A DNA stretch of 64,000 bases from Escherichia coli (GTDB lineage Bacteria > Pseudomonadota > Gammaproteobacteria > Enterobacterales > Enterobacteriaceae), in the NCBI RefSeq assembly GCF_024502345.1, contig NZ_JALDNN010000001.1; one strand, written 5' to 3'. The translations under genes and the position numbers were made by a program. Position 1 is the stretch's first letter; the number at the start of each line of letters is the position of its first letter. The notes beneath the pieces were generated by a model, which was not told the DNA's origin, did not search any database, and saw only the letters and a program-made list of their open reading frames with translations. Below, in pieces: positions 34,451 to 46,192 of the stretch.

Positions 34451-36163
34451 CTCCACTTCCTGCCAGTTTTTCCGTTTACTGGTTTTACCGATCCCCGGAT
34501 TCATGCTGTTGGTCGGATCGTTCTCGCGATAGAACTTCTGCAACGTCTCCGGTGCTTTATACAAATGACCGACGTTATGCTCGGCAGGGTACTGCGCGCC
34601 GCGCTGCTGTAGCAGTTCCAGCATCTGTTCTTTTAACGCATGCACATCCACGCCTTTTTTCACTATGTAATCCTGATGGAAGACATAGCACATAAAATGG
34701 CCGTAATAGAGCTTGTGCACCAGCTGGCTGTCGATCTCCGGCGGTAAATGCTCATACCACTCGGTGTCGTTACGCCGCAGAGCGATATCCAACGCCAGAA
34801 TGTCTTCGACTTCATCGGAATGCACCGCCTGATAACGAATTGCTGCGCCCGCAGCGGCGAAACGGTGTAAAAACGCTTTGCTGCCTTCCTCCGGCGTACA
34901 GACAAAGAAATCGCCTTCGGCCTGTTTGAAATAATCTACCAGCCACGATTTGGCTTCACCGACGCCATCGCCCGCCATTTTTAACAGCAGATGATGCTCG
35001 TATTTATCGCGCCAGTTTTTCATGCGCGGCGGTAAATGGCTGGGGAACAGGTGACCGAATTTTTGCATCGCACGGTCAGTAAAATGCGGACGGAAGAATT
35101 TCACTTTCTCCAGCATCGCATCGGTGCGTCCCTTGAGATTAAAGAAGAACGGCATCTTGTCGGTGCCTAACTTATCAATCATCAGGAAGGTGTCTTTGCC
35201 GTATTTTTCCGCAATATCGTAGATATCCCGGTGCATATATTCCCCGGCAACCGGCAGATTTTCGAAGTTAGCCAGAATATGACGGCGGATTTCGGTCAGC
35301 ACTTCCGGCTGGTTGGTGCCGATATAAAACACCTGCTGATTTTTTTCCGCCTCGAAGGTATCAAGACGTACTGCAAAGACGGCCAGCTTCCCGGCGCAAC
35401 CAGAAGATTCAAATAACCGATCCGGATCGGCGTTATAACGTGCGGGCGTGTCGGCTTCAATATCACGAACGCGGTGGACATAGTCATAATCGTGGGCGTG
35501 ACGACCATCGTGACGCACATCGTCATCTTTGATGCGATCATCATCCAGCTTGCTAAGGATCTGCTCCGGCGTTTCGCCCAGATCAATCCCCAGATGGTTC
35601 ACCAGCGTCAGTTTGCCGTCTTCATTTATACGCGCGAATAACGACATTTCGGTATACGCCGGGCCACGTTGCACCAGCGAGCCGCCGGAGTTGTTACAAA
35701 TACCACCGATGACCGATGCGCCTATACACGATGATCCAATCACTGAGTGCGGTTCGCGTCCCAGCGGTTTGAGGGCTTTTTCCAGCGAATAGAGCGTGGT
35801 GCCCGGATAGGCCAGCACCTGTTCGCCCTTGCCGAGAACGTGCAGCTTGTCGAGACGCAGGGTGCTGATGATCACGATATCGCGATCATAGTCGTTACCG
35901 TTTGGCGTCGATCCTTCGGTCAGGCCTGTATTGGCAGCCTGCATCAGAATAATTTTGTCGGCGGTGACGCAGGCTTTCAGCACCCGCCACAATTCCAGTA
36001 GTGAGCCAGGGAAAACGACAGCCAGCGCGTCGCCCTGACCAGAACGGAAGCCCTTGCGATAGCGAGCCGTTTTTGCGGGATCGGTGAGCAGGTGTGAATG
36101 ACCGACCAGACGGGCAAGTTCATTCAAAAAGGCTTTATTATCAGTTGTTGTCATGGAAGACAT
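34448..36163 (-). CDS. dld: FAD-dependent D-lactate dehydrogenase
   Basis: ORF track 582 aa. Trimmed to MSSMTTTDNKAFLNELARLVG, giving 571 aa. Recognised as Dld. Confidence 0.95.
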   Translation of the reverse strand: MSSMTTTDNKAFLNELARLVGHSHLLTDPAKTARYRKGFRSGQGDALAVVFPGSLLELWRVLKACVTADKIILMQAANTGLTEGSTPNGNDYDRDIVIISTLRLDKLHVLGKGEQVLAYPGTTLYSLEKALKPLGREPHSVIGSSCIGASVIGGICNNSGGSLVQRGPAYTEMSLFARINEDGKLTLVNHLGIDLGETPEQILSKLDDDRIKDDDVRHDGRHAHDYDYVHRVRDIEADTPARYNADPDRLFESSGCAGKLAVFAVRLDTFEAEKNQQVFYIGTNQPEVLTEIRRHILANFENLPVAGEYMHRDIYDIAEKYGKDTFLMIDKLGTDKMPFFFNLKGRTDAMLEKVKFFRPHFTDRAMQKFGHLFPSHLPPRMKNWRDKYEHHLLLKMAGDGVGEAKSWLVDYFKQAEGDFFVCTPEEGSKAFLHRFAAAGAAIRYQAVHSDEVEDILALDIALRRNDTEWYEHLPPEIDSQLVHKLYYGHFMCYVFHQDYIVKKGVDVHALKEQMLELLQQRGAQYPAEHNVGHLYKAPETLQKFYRENDPTNSMNPGIGKTSKRKNWQEVE

Positions 36164-36358
36164 TTTCCACTCCTTGTGGTGGCGAAAAAATATCACAAAC
36201 TAGAATAGCGCCTTGTATGACAATTCAGCGAGTGAATATTTTGAAAATTCAGACAATAAACTGAGCATTCTTTTTCTCTCTCCATCATGCTTATGGCAAA
36301 CTACGGTTTTTGCACCATTTTCGCTGCCTCGTCGGGCAACAGAGGAAGAAAAATCCAT

Positions 36359-38656
36359 ATGAAATGGCTATGTTCAGTAGGAATCGCGGTGAGTCTGGCC
36401 CTGCAGCCAGCACTGGCGGATGATTTATTCGGCAACCATCCATTAACGCCCGAAGCGCGGGATGCGTTCGTCACCGAACTGCTTAAGAAAATGACAGTTG
36501 ATGAGAAAATTGGTCAGCTGCGCTTAATCAGCGTCGGCCCGGATAACCCGAAAGAGGCGATCCGCGAGATGATCAAAGACGGTCAGGTTGGGGCGATTTT
36601 CAACACCGTAACCCGTCAGGATATCCGCGCCATGCAGGATCAGGTGATGGAATTAAGCCGCCTGAAAATTCCTCTTTTCTTTGCTTACGACGTGCTGCAC
36701 GGTCAGCGCACGGTGTTCCCGATTAGCCTCGGTCTGGCCTCGTCTTTTAACCTCGATGCAGTGAAAACGGTCGGACGTGTCTCTGCTTATGAAGCGGCAG
36801 ATGATGGCCTGAATATGACCTGGGCACCGATGGTCGATGTCTCGCGCGATCCGCGCTGGGGACGTGCTTCCGAAGGTTTTGGCGAAGATACGTATCTCAC
36901 CTCAACAATGGGTAAAACCATGGTGGAAGCGATGCAGGGTAAAAGCCCGGCAGATCGCTACTCGGTGATGACCAGCGTCAAACACTTTGCCGCATACGGC
37001 GCGGTAGAAGGCGGTAAAGAGTACAACACCGTCGATATGAGTCCGCAGCGCCTGTTTAATGATTATATGCCGCCGTACAAAGCGGGGCTGGACGCAGGCA
37101 GCGGCGCGGTGATGGTGGCGCTGAACTCGCTGAACGGCACGCCAGCCACCTCCGATTCCTGGCTGCTGAAAGATGTTCTGCGCGACCAGTGGGGCTTTAA
37201 AGGCATCACCGTTTCCGATCACGGTGCAATCAAAGAGCTGATTAAACATGGCACGGCGGCAGACCCGGAAGATGCGGTGCGCGTGGCGCTGAAATCCGGA
37301 ATCAACATGAGTATGAGCGACGAGTACTACTCGAAGTATCTGCCTGGGTTGATTAAATCCGGTAAAGTGACGATGGCAGAGCTGGACGATGCTGCCCGCC
37401 ATGTACTGAACGTTAAATATGATATGGGGTTGTTTAACGACCCATACAGCCATCTCGGTCCGAAAGAGTCTGACCCGGTGGATACCAATGCCGAAAGCCG
37501 CTTGCACCGCAAAGAAGCGCGTGAAGTGGCGCGTGAAAGCCTGGTGTTGCTGAAAAACCGTCTCGAAACGTTACCGCTGAAAAAATCCGCAACCATTGCG
37601 GTGGTTGGCCCGCTGGCAGACAGCAAGCGTGACGTGATGGGAAGCTGGTCGGCGGCAGGTGTTGCAGATCAATCCGTGACCGTGCTGACCGGGATTAAAA
37701 ATGCCGTCGGTGAAAACGGTAAAGTGCTGTATGCCAAAGGGGCGAACGTTACCAGTGACAAAGGCATTATCGATTTCCTGAATCAGTATGAAGAAGCGGT
37801 CAAAGTCGATCCGCGTTCGCCGCAAGAGATGATTGATGAAGCGGTGCAGACGGCGAAACAATCTGATGTGGTGGTGGCTGTAGTCGGTGAAGCACAGGGG
37901 ATGGCGCACGAGGCCTCCAGCCGTACCGATATTACTATTCCGCAAAGCCAACGTGACTTGATTGCGGCGCTGAAAGCCACCGGTAAACCGCTGGTGCTGG
38001 TGCTGATGAACGGGCGTCCGCTGGCGCTGGTGAAAGAAGATCAGCAGGCTGATGCGATTCTGGAAACCTGGTTTGCGGGGACTGAAGGCGGTAATGCAAT
38101 TGCCGATGTGTTGTTTGGCGATTACAACCCGTCCGGCAAGCTGCCGATGTCCTTCCCGCGTTCTGTCGGGCAGATCCCGGTGTACTACAGCCATCTGAAC
38201 ACCGGTCGTCCGTATAATGCCGACAAGCCGAACAAATACACTTCGCGTTATTTTGATGAAGCTAACGGGGCGCTTTATCCGTTCGGCTATGGTCTGAGCT
38301 ATACCACTTTCACCGTCTCTGATGTGAAACTTTCTGCGCCGACCATGAAGCGTGACGGCAAAGTGACGGCCAGCGTGCAGGTGACGAACACCGGTAAACG
38401 CGAAGGGGCCACGGTAGTGCAGATGTACTTGCAGGATGTGACGGCTTCCATGAGTCGTCCGGTGAAACAGCTGAAAGGCTTTGAGAAAATCACCCTGAAA
38501 CCGGGCGAAACTCAGACCGTTAGCTTCCCGATTGATATCGAGGCGCTGAAGTTCTGGAATCAACAGATGAGATATGACGCCGAGCCTGGCAAGTTCAATG
38601 TCTTTATCGGCACTGATTCCGCACGCGTTAAGAAAGGCGAGTTTGAGTTGCTGTAA
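36359..38656 (+). CDS. bglX: Periplasmic beta-glucosidase (GH3)
   Basis: ORF track 789 aa. Trimmed to MKWLCSVGIAVSLALQPALA (signal peptide), giving 765 aa. Confidence 0.95.
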   Translation: MKWLCSVGIAVSLALQPALADDLFGNHPLTPEARDAFVTELLKKMTVDEKIGQLRLISVGPDNPKEAIREMIKDGQVGAIFNTVTRQDIRAMQDQVMELSRLKIPLFFAYDVLHGQRTVFPISLGLASSFNLDAVKTVGRVSAYEAADDGLNMTWAPMVDVSRDPRWGRASEGFGEDTYLTSTMGKTMVEAMQGKSPADRYSVMTSVKHFAAYGAVEGGKEYNTVDMSPQRLFNDYMPPYKAGLDAGSGAVMVALNSLNGTPATSDSWLLKDVLRDQWGFKGITVSDHGAIKELIKHGTAADPEDAVRVALKSGINMSMSDEYYSKYLPGLIKSGKVTMAELDDAARHVLNVKYDMGLFNDPYSHLGPKESDPVDTNAESRLHRKEAREVARESLVLLKNRLETLPLKKSATIAVVGPLADSKRDVMGSWSAAGVADQSVTVLTGIKNAVGENGKVLYAKGANVTSDKGIIDFLNQYEEAVKVDPRSPQEMIDEAVQTAKQSDVVVAVVGEAQGMAHEASSRTDITIPQSQRDLIAALKATGKPLVLVLMNGRPLALVKEDQQADAILETWFAGTEGGNAIADVLFGDYNPSGKLPMSFPRSVGQIPVYYSHLNTGRPYNADKPNKYTSRYFDEANGALYPFGYGLSYTTFTVSDVKLSAPTMKRDGKVTASVQVTNTGKREGATVVQMYLQDVTASMSRPVKQLKGFEKITLKPGETQTVSFPIDIEALKFWNQQMRYDAEPGKFNVFIGTDSARVKKGEFELL

Positions 38657-38729
38657 TGCTTTAGTAAGGGCGTGACATTTGCGCCCTTTGCCTGATGTTC
38701 ATATCTTAACTTGCTGAATTTTCGCCCTT

Positions 38730-38767
38730 TGTAGGCCGGATAAGGCGCTCGCGCCGCATCCGGCAGG
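38730..38767. repeat. REP element
   Basis: tgtaggccggataaggcgctcgcgccgcatccggcagg. Confidence 0.8.
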
Positions 38768-38907
38768 AAACGCCGGACCGAATATGCCTCTTAAGTATTT
38801 ATCTGATTCTGCAACTGAATCCGTCCGCTCAGGCTAATCCCGCCATTATCAACTATGCTTTTCTCTTAATTCGCTGAAAACAACAGTAAAAGAATGAGGA
38901 AAGCATC

Positions 38908-39825
38908 ATGCCACTCTCAAAGGTCTGGGCAGGTTCACTGGTTTTGTTGGCAGCCGTGAGCCTGCCGCTGCACGCGGCTTCCCCCGTTAAAGTCGGTTCA
39001 AAAATCGATACTGAAGGCGCGCTGCTCGGCAATATCATTTTGCAGGTACTGGAAAGCCACGGCGTACCGACGGTCAATAAAGTGCAACTCGGAACGACTC
39101 CTGTGGTGCGCGGGGCGATTACTTCCGGTGAACTGGATATCTATCCGGAATATACCGGCAATGGCGCGTTTTTCTTTAAAGATGAAAACGATGCAGCGTG
39201 GAAAAACGCGCAGCAAGGTTACGAGAAAGTCAAAAAACTTGATGCAGAGCAAAACAAGTTAATCTGGCTGACGCCCGCACCTGCAAATAACACCTGGACC
39301 ATCGCCGTGCGTCAGGATGTGGCAGAGAAAAACAAACTCACTTCGCTTGCTGACCTGAGTCGTTATCTGAAAGAGGGCGGCACCTTCAAACTGGCAGCCT
39401 CGGCAGAGTTTATCGAACGCGCCGATGCCTTACCCGCGTTTGAAAAAGCCTATGGCTTTAAGCTCGGTCAGGATCAGTTGCTGTCACTGGCTGGTGGCGA
39501 CACGGCGGTGACGATTAAAGCCGCTGCCCAGCAAACTTCTGGCGTTAATGCCGCAATGGCTTACGGCACTGACGGTCCGGTCGCGGCGCTGGGGCTGCAA
39601 ACCTTAAGCGATCCGCAAGGCGTGCAACCTATCTACGCGCCTGCACCAGTGGTGCGTGAGTCAGTGCTGAAAGAGTATCCGCAAATGGCACAGTGGCTAC
39701 AGCCAGTCTTCGCCAGCCTCGATGCAAAAACATTGCAGCAACTGAATGCCAGCATTGCAGTGGAAGGACTGGATGCCAAAAAAGTGGCTGCCGACTACCT
39801 GAAACAAAAAGGGTGGGCGAAGTAA
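38908..39825 (+). CDS. osmF: Glycine betaine ABC transporter periplasmic binding protein
   Basis: 305-aa ORF with a signal peptide. First gene of osmF-yehYXW. Confidence 0.92.
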   Translation: MPLSKVWAGSLVLLAAVSLPLHAASPVKVGSKIDTEGALLGNIILQVLESHGVPTVNKVQLGTTPVVRGAITSGELDIYPEYTGNGAFFFKDENDAAWKNAQQGYEKVKKLDAEQNKLIWLTPAPANNTWTIAVRQDVAEKNKLTSLADLSRYLKEGGTFKLAASAEFIERADALPAFEKAYGFKLGQDQLLSLAGGDTAVTIKAAAQQTSGVNAAMAYGTDGPVAALGLQTLSDPQGVQPIYAPAPVVRESVLKEYPQMAQWLQPVFASLDAKTLQQLNASIAVEGLDAKKVAADYLKQKGWAK

Positions 39826-39831
39826 TTTCCC

Positions 39832-40989
39832 GTGACTTATCTACGTATTAATCCTGTTCTGGCGCTGCTGCTGTTGCTGACGGCAATCGCAGCAGCGCTG
39901 CCGTTTATCAGCTACGCGCCTAATCGTTTAGTCTCGGGTGAAGGGCGTCATCTCTGGCAACTGTGGCCGCAAACGATCTGGATGCTGGTGGGCGTTGGTT
40001 GCGCCTGGCTGACAGCCTGTTTTATTCCCGCTAAAAAAGGCAGCATTTTTGCACTCATTCTGGCGCAATTCGTCTTCGTATTGCTGGTGTGGGGAGCTGG
40101 AAAGGCGGCGACCCAACTGGCGCAAAATGGCAGTGCGCTGGCGCGTACCAGCCTCGGCAGTGGTTTCTGGCTGGCTGCGGCGCTGGCATTGCTGGCCTGT
40201 AGCGATGCCATCCGCCGAATCTCCACGCATCCGCTGTGGCGCTGGTTGTTGCATATGCAGATTGCCATTATTCCGCTGTGGTTGCTTTACTCCGGCACGC
40301 TTAACGATCTCTCGCTAATGAAAGAATACGCCAACCGTCAGGATGTGTTTGACGACGCGCTGGCTCAACATCTGACGTTGCTGTTTGGTGCGGTGCTGCC
40401 TGCGTTAGTGATTGGTGTGCCATTGGGCATCTGGTGCTACTTTTCCACCGCGCGGCAGGGGGCGATTTTTTCTCTGCTCAATGTCATTCAGACCGTGCCT
40501 TCGGTGGCGCTCTTTGGCCTGTTGATTGCGTCGCTTGCCGCGCTGGTGACGGCCTTTCCGTGGCTGGGGAAGCTCGGCATAGCAGGAACCGGAATGACAC
40601 CCGCACTGATTGCGCTGGTGCTCTATGCCTTGCTGCCGCTGGTGCGCGGCGTGGTAGTAGGCTTGAACCAGATCCCGCGCGATGTGCTGGAGAGCGCCAG
40701 AGCGATGGGGATGAGCGGGGCGCAGCGATTCCTGCATGTTCAGTTACCGCTGGCGTTACCGGTATTTCTGCGCAGCCTGCGGGTGGTGATGGTGCAAACT
40801 GTAGGCATGGCGGTGATTGCGGCGTTAATCGGCGCAGGCGGTTTTGGTGCGCTGGTTTTCCAGGGGCTGCTAAGCAGCGCCATTGATTTAGTGTTGCTGG
40901 GGGTGATCCCGGTAATTGTTCTGGCGGTGCTGATCGATGCGCTGTTCGATTTACTTATCGCACTGTTGAAGGTGAAACGTAATGATTGA
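39832..40989 (+). CDS. yehY: Glycine betaine ABC transporter permease
   Basis: 385-aa polytopic ORF with a GTG start (gtgacttat). Confidence 0.9.
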   Translation: MTYLRINPVLALLLLLTAIAAALPFISYAPNRLVSGEGRHLWQLWPQTIWMLVGVGCAWLTACFIPAKKGSIFALILAQFVFVLLVWGAGKAATQLAQNGSALARTSLGSGFWLAAALALLACSDAIRRISTHPLWRWLLHMQIAIIPLWLLYSGTLNDLSLMKEYANRQDVFDDALAQHLTLLFGAVLPALVIGVPLGIWCYFSTARQGAIFSLLNVIQTVPSVALFGLLIASLAALVTAFPWLGKLGIAGTGMTPALIALVLYALLPLVRGVVVGLNQIPRDVLESARAMGMSGAQRFLHVQLPLALPVFLRSLRVVMVQTVGMAVIAALIGAGGFGALVFQGLLSSAIDLVLLGVIPVIVLAVLIDALFDLLIALLKVKRND

Positions 40990-41908
40990 ATTTAGCCATG
41001 TCAGCAAACTGTTTGGCGCACAAAAAGCCGTTAACGATCTCAATCTCAATTTTCAGGAAGGGAGTTTTTCGGTGCTGATTGGCACATCTGGCTCCGGCAA
41101 ATCCACCACCCTGAAAATGATTAACCGCCTGGTGGAACATGACAGCGGAGAGATCCGCTTTGCCGGAGAAGAAATTCGCTCGCTGCCAGTACTGGAGTTG
41201 CGCCGCCGTATGGGCTATGCCATTCAATCTATTGGCCTGTTTCCCCACTGGAGCGTGGCACAAAACATTGCCACCGTGCCGCAATTACAAAAATGGTCGC
41301 GGGCGAGGATTGACGATCGTATCGACGAATTAATGGCGCTACTGGGGCTGGAGTCAAATTTACGTGAGCGTTATCCGCATCAGCTTTCCGGTGGTCAGCA
41401 GCAACGTGTGGGAGTAGCGCGCGCACTGGCTGCCGATCCGCAAGTCTTACTGATGGATGAACCTTTTGGCGCACTGGACCCGGTAACGCGCGGCGCGTTG
41501 CAACAAGAGATGACGCGCATTCACCGTTTGCTGGGGCGTACCATTGTGCTGGTCACTCATGATATTGATGAGGCGCTACGGCTGGCAGAACATCTGGTAT
41601 TGATGGATCACGGTGAAGTGGTGCAGCAGGGGAATCCGCTGACGATGCTGACTCGTCCGGCGAATGATTTTGTCCGCCAGTTTTTTGGACGTAGTGAACT
41701 GGGTGTGCGCCTGCTTTCGTTACGTAGTGTGGCGGATTACGTGCGTCGCGAAGAACGGGCAGAAGGTGAGGCACTGGCAGAAGAGATGACGCTGCGCGAT
41801 GCGCTCTCCCTGTTTGTCGCGCGGGGATGCGAGGTGCTGCCGGTGGTGAACACGCAGGGCCAGCCTAGCGGCACGCTGCATTTTCAGGATCTGCTGGAGG
41901 AGGCGTAA
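40982..41908 (+). CDS. yehX: Glycine betaine ABC transporter ATP-binding protein
   Basis: 308-aa ORF with Walker [10 protein letters not shown], signature LSGGQQQRV and a C-terminal CBS-like tail. Overlaps yehY by 8 nt. Confidence 0.93.
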   Translation: MIEFSHVSKLFGAQKAVNDLNLNFQEGSFSVLIGTSGSGKSTTLKMINRLVEHDSGEIRFAGEEIRSLPVLELRRRMGYAIQSIGLFPHWSVAQNIATVPQLQKWSRARIDDRIDELMALLGLESNLRERYPHQLSGGQQQRVGVARALAADPQVLLMDEPFGALDPVTRGALQQEMTRIHRLLGRTIVLVTHDIDEALRLAEHLVLMDHGEVVQQGNPLTMLTRPANDFVRQFFGRSELGVRLLSLRSVADYVRREERAEGEALAEEMTLRDALSLFVARGCEVLPVVNTQGQPSGTLHFQDLLEEA

Positions 41909-41912
41909 GCGT

Positions 41913-42644
41913 ATGAAGATGTTGCGCGATCCGCTGTTCTGGCTCATTGCTTTGTTTGTGGCACTGATTTTCTGGCTGCCTTACAGCCAGCCGCTGTTTG
42001 CTGCCTTGTTCCCACAACTGCCACGACCCGTTTATCAGCAAGAAAGTTTTGCCGCTCTGGCACTGGCTCATTTCTGGCTGGTGGGAATTTCGAGTTTGTT
42101 TGCGGTGATCATTGGTACTGGTGCCGGAATTGCTGTCACTCGCCCGTGGGGCGCGGAATTTCGCCCACTGGTGGAAACTATTGCCGCCGTTGGACAGACT
42201 TTTCCGCCCGTCGCAGTGCTGGCGATCGCCGTTCCGGTGATCGGGTTTGGTCTGCAACCAGCGATTATCGCCTTGATCCTTTACGGTGTGCTGCCCGTCC
42301 TGCAGGCGACACTTGCCGGGCTGGGAGCGATTGATGCCAGCGTGACAGAAGTTGCGAAAGGTATGGGAATGAGTCGTGGTCAGCGACTGCGTAAGGTCGA
42401 GCTACCGCTGGCGGCTCCGGTGATTCTGGCGGGCGTGCGAACTTCGGTGATTATCAACATTGGTACGGCGACGATCGCCTCAACGGTAGGGGCCAGCACG
42501 CTGGGTACGCCCATCATCATCGGGCTTAGCGGATTTAATACCGCGTATGTGATCCAGGGGGCGTTACTGGTGGCACTGGCGGCGATCATCGCAGACCGCC
42601 TGTTTGAAAGGCTGGTGCAGGCGCTTAGCCAGCACGCAAAATAA
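41913..42644 (+). CDS. yehW: Glycine betaine ABC transporter permease
   Basis: 243-aa polytopic ORF. Confidence 0.9.
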
Positions 42645-42732
42645 AGGTATAACCTGCGAGCATGACGCCACCAATTCCGCCTAACGCCATAAACAGGAAC
42701 AGGGCGATGACCCCAATTTTAGCTATGCGCAT
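42625..42732 (-). CDS. yohO: Small membrane protein YohO (35 aa)
   Basis: Hand translation of the minus strand gives [38 protein letters not shown], which matches YohO as remembered (UPF0387). Below the ORF-track length cutoff. The 3' end overlaps yehW convergently by 20 nt. Confidence 0.8.
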
Positions 42733-42791
42733 AATGCACTCCTTATGTTAACGAAAGGATTGTACAGTAAAGCGCATTTGTTAACGAATCA

Positions 42792-43523
42792 TTAAATGCC
42801 GAGTGGGAAAATATCATAGCCTTGTTCTTGCCAACTGGTGAGTTGCTGTTGTTGGGCGGAGGTTCGATTTTCACCGCACCACACCAGCAATGTACGGCCT
42901 TCGAACAGTTCAGGGCGTAGTTGATTGAGCGAGTGGGCGAGGACATCAATGCGCCATCCTTGTTGACTGGCAATCCAGCCCTCCAGCCACAGACGGGTGG
43001 TATCGTGAATATTCCAGCCAACCACCAGCGCATCTTTACCCTGTTTTTTACGTGCCGAAGCCAGACAGATGGCGATGTAGTTGATCAGTACGCCGTCGAG
43101 GATCGCCAGCAGCGCCTGGAGAGTCGGTTGTTGGCACTGAAGCCGTCGACGCAGAGGAATAAACAAATGCGTGGTGAGCGTCTGGGCGGGGTAATCCTGA
43201 CCGCGCTCTTTGATCCACGTTCGCAGGCTATGCAGATTGCCGCTTTGCAAGTAAGTCAGTAATGTTTCTTGCTGATCGCGCCAGCCGTTCTGCACATCAA
43301 CATTTTCATTACTGAGCAGCATTTTAACTTTGCTGACCTGCACGCCGTTGTCGATCCAGCGTTTGATCTCGCGGATCCGGTCAATATCGGCATCGTTGAA
43401 CAGCCGATGACCGCCGTCTGTCCGTTGCGGTTTCAGCAATCCGTAACGCCTCTGCCACGCGCGTAACGTGACAGGGTTAATATCACAAAGCAACGCCACT
43501 TCACCAATTGTGTAAAGCGCCAT
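42792..43523 (-). CDS. mlrA: MerR-family regulator of csgD/curli
   Basis: 243-aa ORF MALYTIGEVALLCDINPVTLRAWQRRYGLLKPQRTDGGHRLF (MerR HTH). Confidence 0.94.
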   Translation of the reverse strand: MALYTIGEVALLCDINPVTLRAWQRRYGLLKPQRTDGGHRLFNDADIDRIREIKRWIDNGVQVSKVKMLLSNENVDVQNGWRDQQETLLTYLQSGNLHSLRTWIKERGQDYPAQTLTTHLFIPLRRRLQCQQPTLQALLAILDGVLINYIAICLASARKKQGKDALVVGWNIHDTTRLWLEGWIASQQGWRIDVLAHSLNQLRPELFEGRTLLVWCGENRTSAQQQQLTSWQEQGYDIFPLGI

Positions 43524-43744
43524 CGTCTCACCCTTGCTCGCGAGGTCCCGGTTTAACTTTAGACGCAGTTTTGCGAACCAGGTAGTTTTGCCCGTTTTTT
43601 GTGCATTTATAGGGTGATTTTATTTTTGCCAGGCGATTTTGAGTGATCGTACTCACGAATTCTCATTTTTCTGCAAGAGTTCAAAGAAAGTTAAACGCAG
43701 GCAATGTATGTTACGCGTTTTAAAGGGAAGTGTGGTTTGCGGGT

Positions 43745-45430
43745 ATGTACGATTTTAATCTAGTGTTGCTGCTGCTTCAGCAGATGTGCGTTTTTTTAGT
43801 CATTGCATGGTTAATGAGTAAAACGCCATTATTCATACCGTTAATGCAGGTCACGGTTCGTCTGCCGCATAAATTTCTCTGCTACATCGTCTTTTCCATC
43901 TTCTGCATCATGGGCACCTGGTTTGGGTTGCACATTGACGATTCTATTGCCAATACCCGTGCGATAGGCGCGGTAATGGGCGGCTTACTCGGCGGTCCGG
44001 TCGTCGGTGGGCTGGTTGGCCTGACCGGCGGGTTACATCGATATTCGATGGGGGGCATGACCGCGCTAAGTTGCATGATCTCGACCATCGTTGAAGGATT
44101 GCTCGGCGGCCTGGTACACAGCATCCTGATCCGTCGCGGGCGCACTGATAAAGTCTTTAACCCCATTACCGCCGGTGCCGTCACGTTCGTCGCTGAAATG
44201 GTGCAAATGTTGATCATCCTGGCGATCGCCCGACCTTATGAAGATGCGGTGCGTCTGGTGAGTAATATTGCTGCGCCAATGATGGTCACCAATACCGTCG
44301 GCGCGGCGCTGTTTATGCGTATATTGCTCGATAAACGCGCGATGTTTGAAAAATACACTTCGGCTTTTTCTGCCACTGCGCTGAAAGTGGCTGCCTCGAC
44401 GGAAGGCATTTTGCGCCAGGGGTTTAACGAAGTGAACAGCATGAAAGTGGCACAGGTGCTGTATCAGGAGCTGGATATTGGTGCAGTCGCGATTACCGAT
44501 CGAGAGAAATTGCTGGCCTTTACCGGAATTGGTGACGACCACCATTTACCCGGCAAACCGATATCTTCGACTTACACCTTAAAAGCGATTGAAACCGGTG
44601 AAGTGGTCTACGCTGATGGCAACGAAGTACCTTATCGTTGCTCTTTGCATCCGCAATGCAAACTGGGGTCGACGCTGGTAATTCCGTTGCGTGGTGAAAA
44701 TCAGCGGGTGATGGGCACCATCAAATTGTATGAAGCCAAAAACCGTTTATTCAGTTCAATCAACCGCACGCTGGGCGAGGGGATTGCGCAACTGCTTTCG
44801 GCGCAGATCCTCGCCGGGCAATATGAGCGGCAAAAAGCGATGCTCACCCAGTCAGAGATCAAACTGCTTCACGCCCAGGTGAACCCCCATTTTTTGTTTA
44901 ATGCGCTTAACACCATTAAAGCGGTGATCCGTCGCGACAGCGAACAGGCCAGCCAGCTGGTGCAGTATCTTTCCACTTTTTTCCGCAAAAACTTAAAGCG
45001 GCCTTCGGAGTTTGTTACTCTCGCCGACGAAATTGAACATGTGAACGCTTATCTGCAAATTGAAAAGGCGCGCTTCCAGTCGCGGTTGCAGGTCAACATT
45101 GCTATTCCGCAAGAATTATCCCAGCAGCAATTGCCCGCGTTTACCCTGCAACCGATAGTGGAAAACGCCATTAAACATGGGACATCACAACTGCTGGATA
45201 CAGGGCGAGTGGCAATCAGCGCCCGACGTGAGGGGCAACATTTGATGCTGGAGATCGAAGACAATGCCGGTTTGTATCAACCGGTAACCAATGCCAGTGG
45301 GCTGGGGATGAATCTGGTGGATAAGCGTTTACGTGAACGGTTTGGCGATGACTATGGGATAAGCGTCGCCTGTGAGCCTGATAGTTACACCCGAATAACC
45401 TTACGACTACCATGGAGGGACGAGGCATGA
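43745..45430 (+). CDS. btsS: LytS-type sensor histidine kinase (pyruvate sensing)
   Basis: ORF track 566 aa. Trimmed to [17 protein letters not shown], giving 561 aa. 5TM-LytS region, GAF and His_kinase/HATPase regions. Confidence 0.93.
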   Translation: MYDFNLVLLLLQQMCVFLVIAWLMSKTPLFIPLMQVTVRLPHKFLCYIVFSIFCIMGTWFGLHIDDSIANTRAIGAVMGGLLGGPVVGGLVGLTGGLHRYSMGGMTALSCMISTIVEGLLGGLVHSILIRRGRTDKVFNPITAGAVTFVAEMVQMLIILAIARPYEDAVRLVSNIAAPMMVTNTVGAALFMRILLDKRAMFEKYTSAFSATALKVAASTEGILRQGFNEVNSMKVAQVLYQELDIGAVAITDREKLLAFTGIGDDHHLPGKPISSTYTLKAIETGEVVYADGNEVPYRCSLHPQCKLGSTLVIPLRGENQRVMGTIKLYEAKNRLFSSINRTLGEGIAQLLSAQILAGQYERQKAMLTQSEIKLLHAQVNPHFLFNALNTIKAVIRRDSEQASQLVQYLSTFFRKNLKRPSEFVTLADEIEHVNAYLQIEKARFQSRLQVNIAIPQELSQQQLPAFTLQPIVENAIKHGTSQLLDTGRVAISARREGQHLMLEIEDNAGLYQPVTNASGLGMNLVDKRLRERFGDDYGISVACEPDSYTRITLRLPWRDEA

Positions 45431-46146
45431 TTAAAGTCTTAATTGTCGATGATGAACCGTTAGCACGGGAGAACCTGCGCGTATTTTTGCAGGAGCAGAG
45501 CGATATTGAAATCGTTGGTGAGTGTTCAAACACCGTGGAAGGGATCGGCGCGGTGCATAAACTGCGCCCGGATGTGCTGTTTCTCGATATCCAGATGCCG
45601 CGCATCAGTGGTCTGGAAATGGTGGGGATGCTCGACCCGGAACATCGTCCGTATATTGTTTTTCTCACCGCGTTTGACGAATACGCCATTAAAGCCTTTG
45701 AAGAACACGCCTTTGATTATCTGCTGAAGCCAATTGATGAAGCGCGACTGGAGAAAACGCTGGCGCGTTTGCGGCAGGAACGCAGCAAGCAGGATGTTTC
45801 GCTGTTACCAGAAAATCAACAGGCGCTGAAATTTATCCCTTGTACTGGGCATAGTCGGATTTATTTGCTGCAAATGAAAGATGTGGCATTTGTCAGCAGT
45901 CGGATGAGCGGTGTCTACGTTACCAGCCACGAAGGGAAAGAGGGCTTTACCGAATTGACATTACGTACCCTGGAAAGTCGTACACCACTACTGCGCTGCC
46001 ATCGTCAGTATCTGGTTAACCTCGCGCATTTACAGGAGATTCGTCTGGAAGATAACGGCCAGGCCGAGTTGATTTTGCGTAATGGCTTAACCGTGCCGGT
46101 CAGCCGCCGTTATCTGAAAAGCTTAAAAGAGGCGATTGGCCTGTAA
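45427..46146 (+). CDS. btsR: LytTR-family response regulator
   Basis: ORF track 244 aa. Trimmed to [16 protein letters not shown], giving 239 aa. ATGA overlap with the btsS stop. Confidence 0.94.
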   Translation: MIKVLIVDDEPLARENLRVFLQEQSDIEIVGECSNTVEGIGAVHKLRPDVLFLDIQMPRISGLEMVGMLDPEHRPYIVFLTAFDEYAIKAFEEHAFDYLLKPIDEARLEKTLARLRQERSKQDVSLLPENQQALKFIPCTGHSRIYLLQMKDVAFVSSRMSGVYVTSHEGKEGFTELTLRTLESRTPLLRCHRQYLVNLAHLQEIRLEDNGQAELILRNGLTVPVSRRYLKSLKEAIGL

Positions 46147-46192
46147 AAGACTGCTAAAATGGCTTTTTGCCTCATCAACACCTGAAGGCCTC

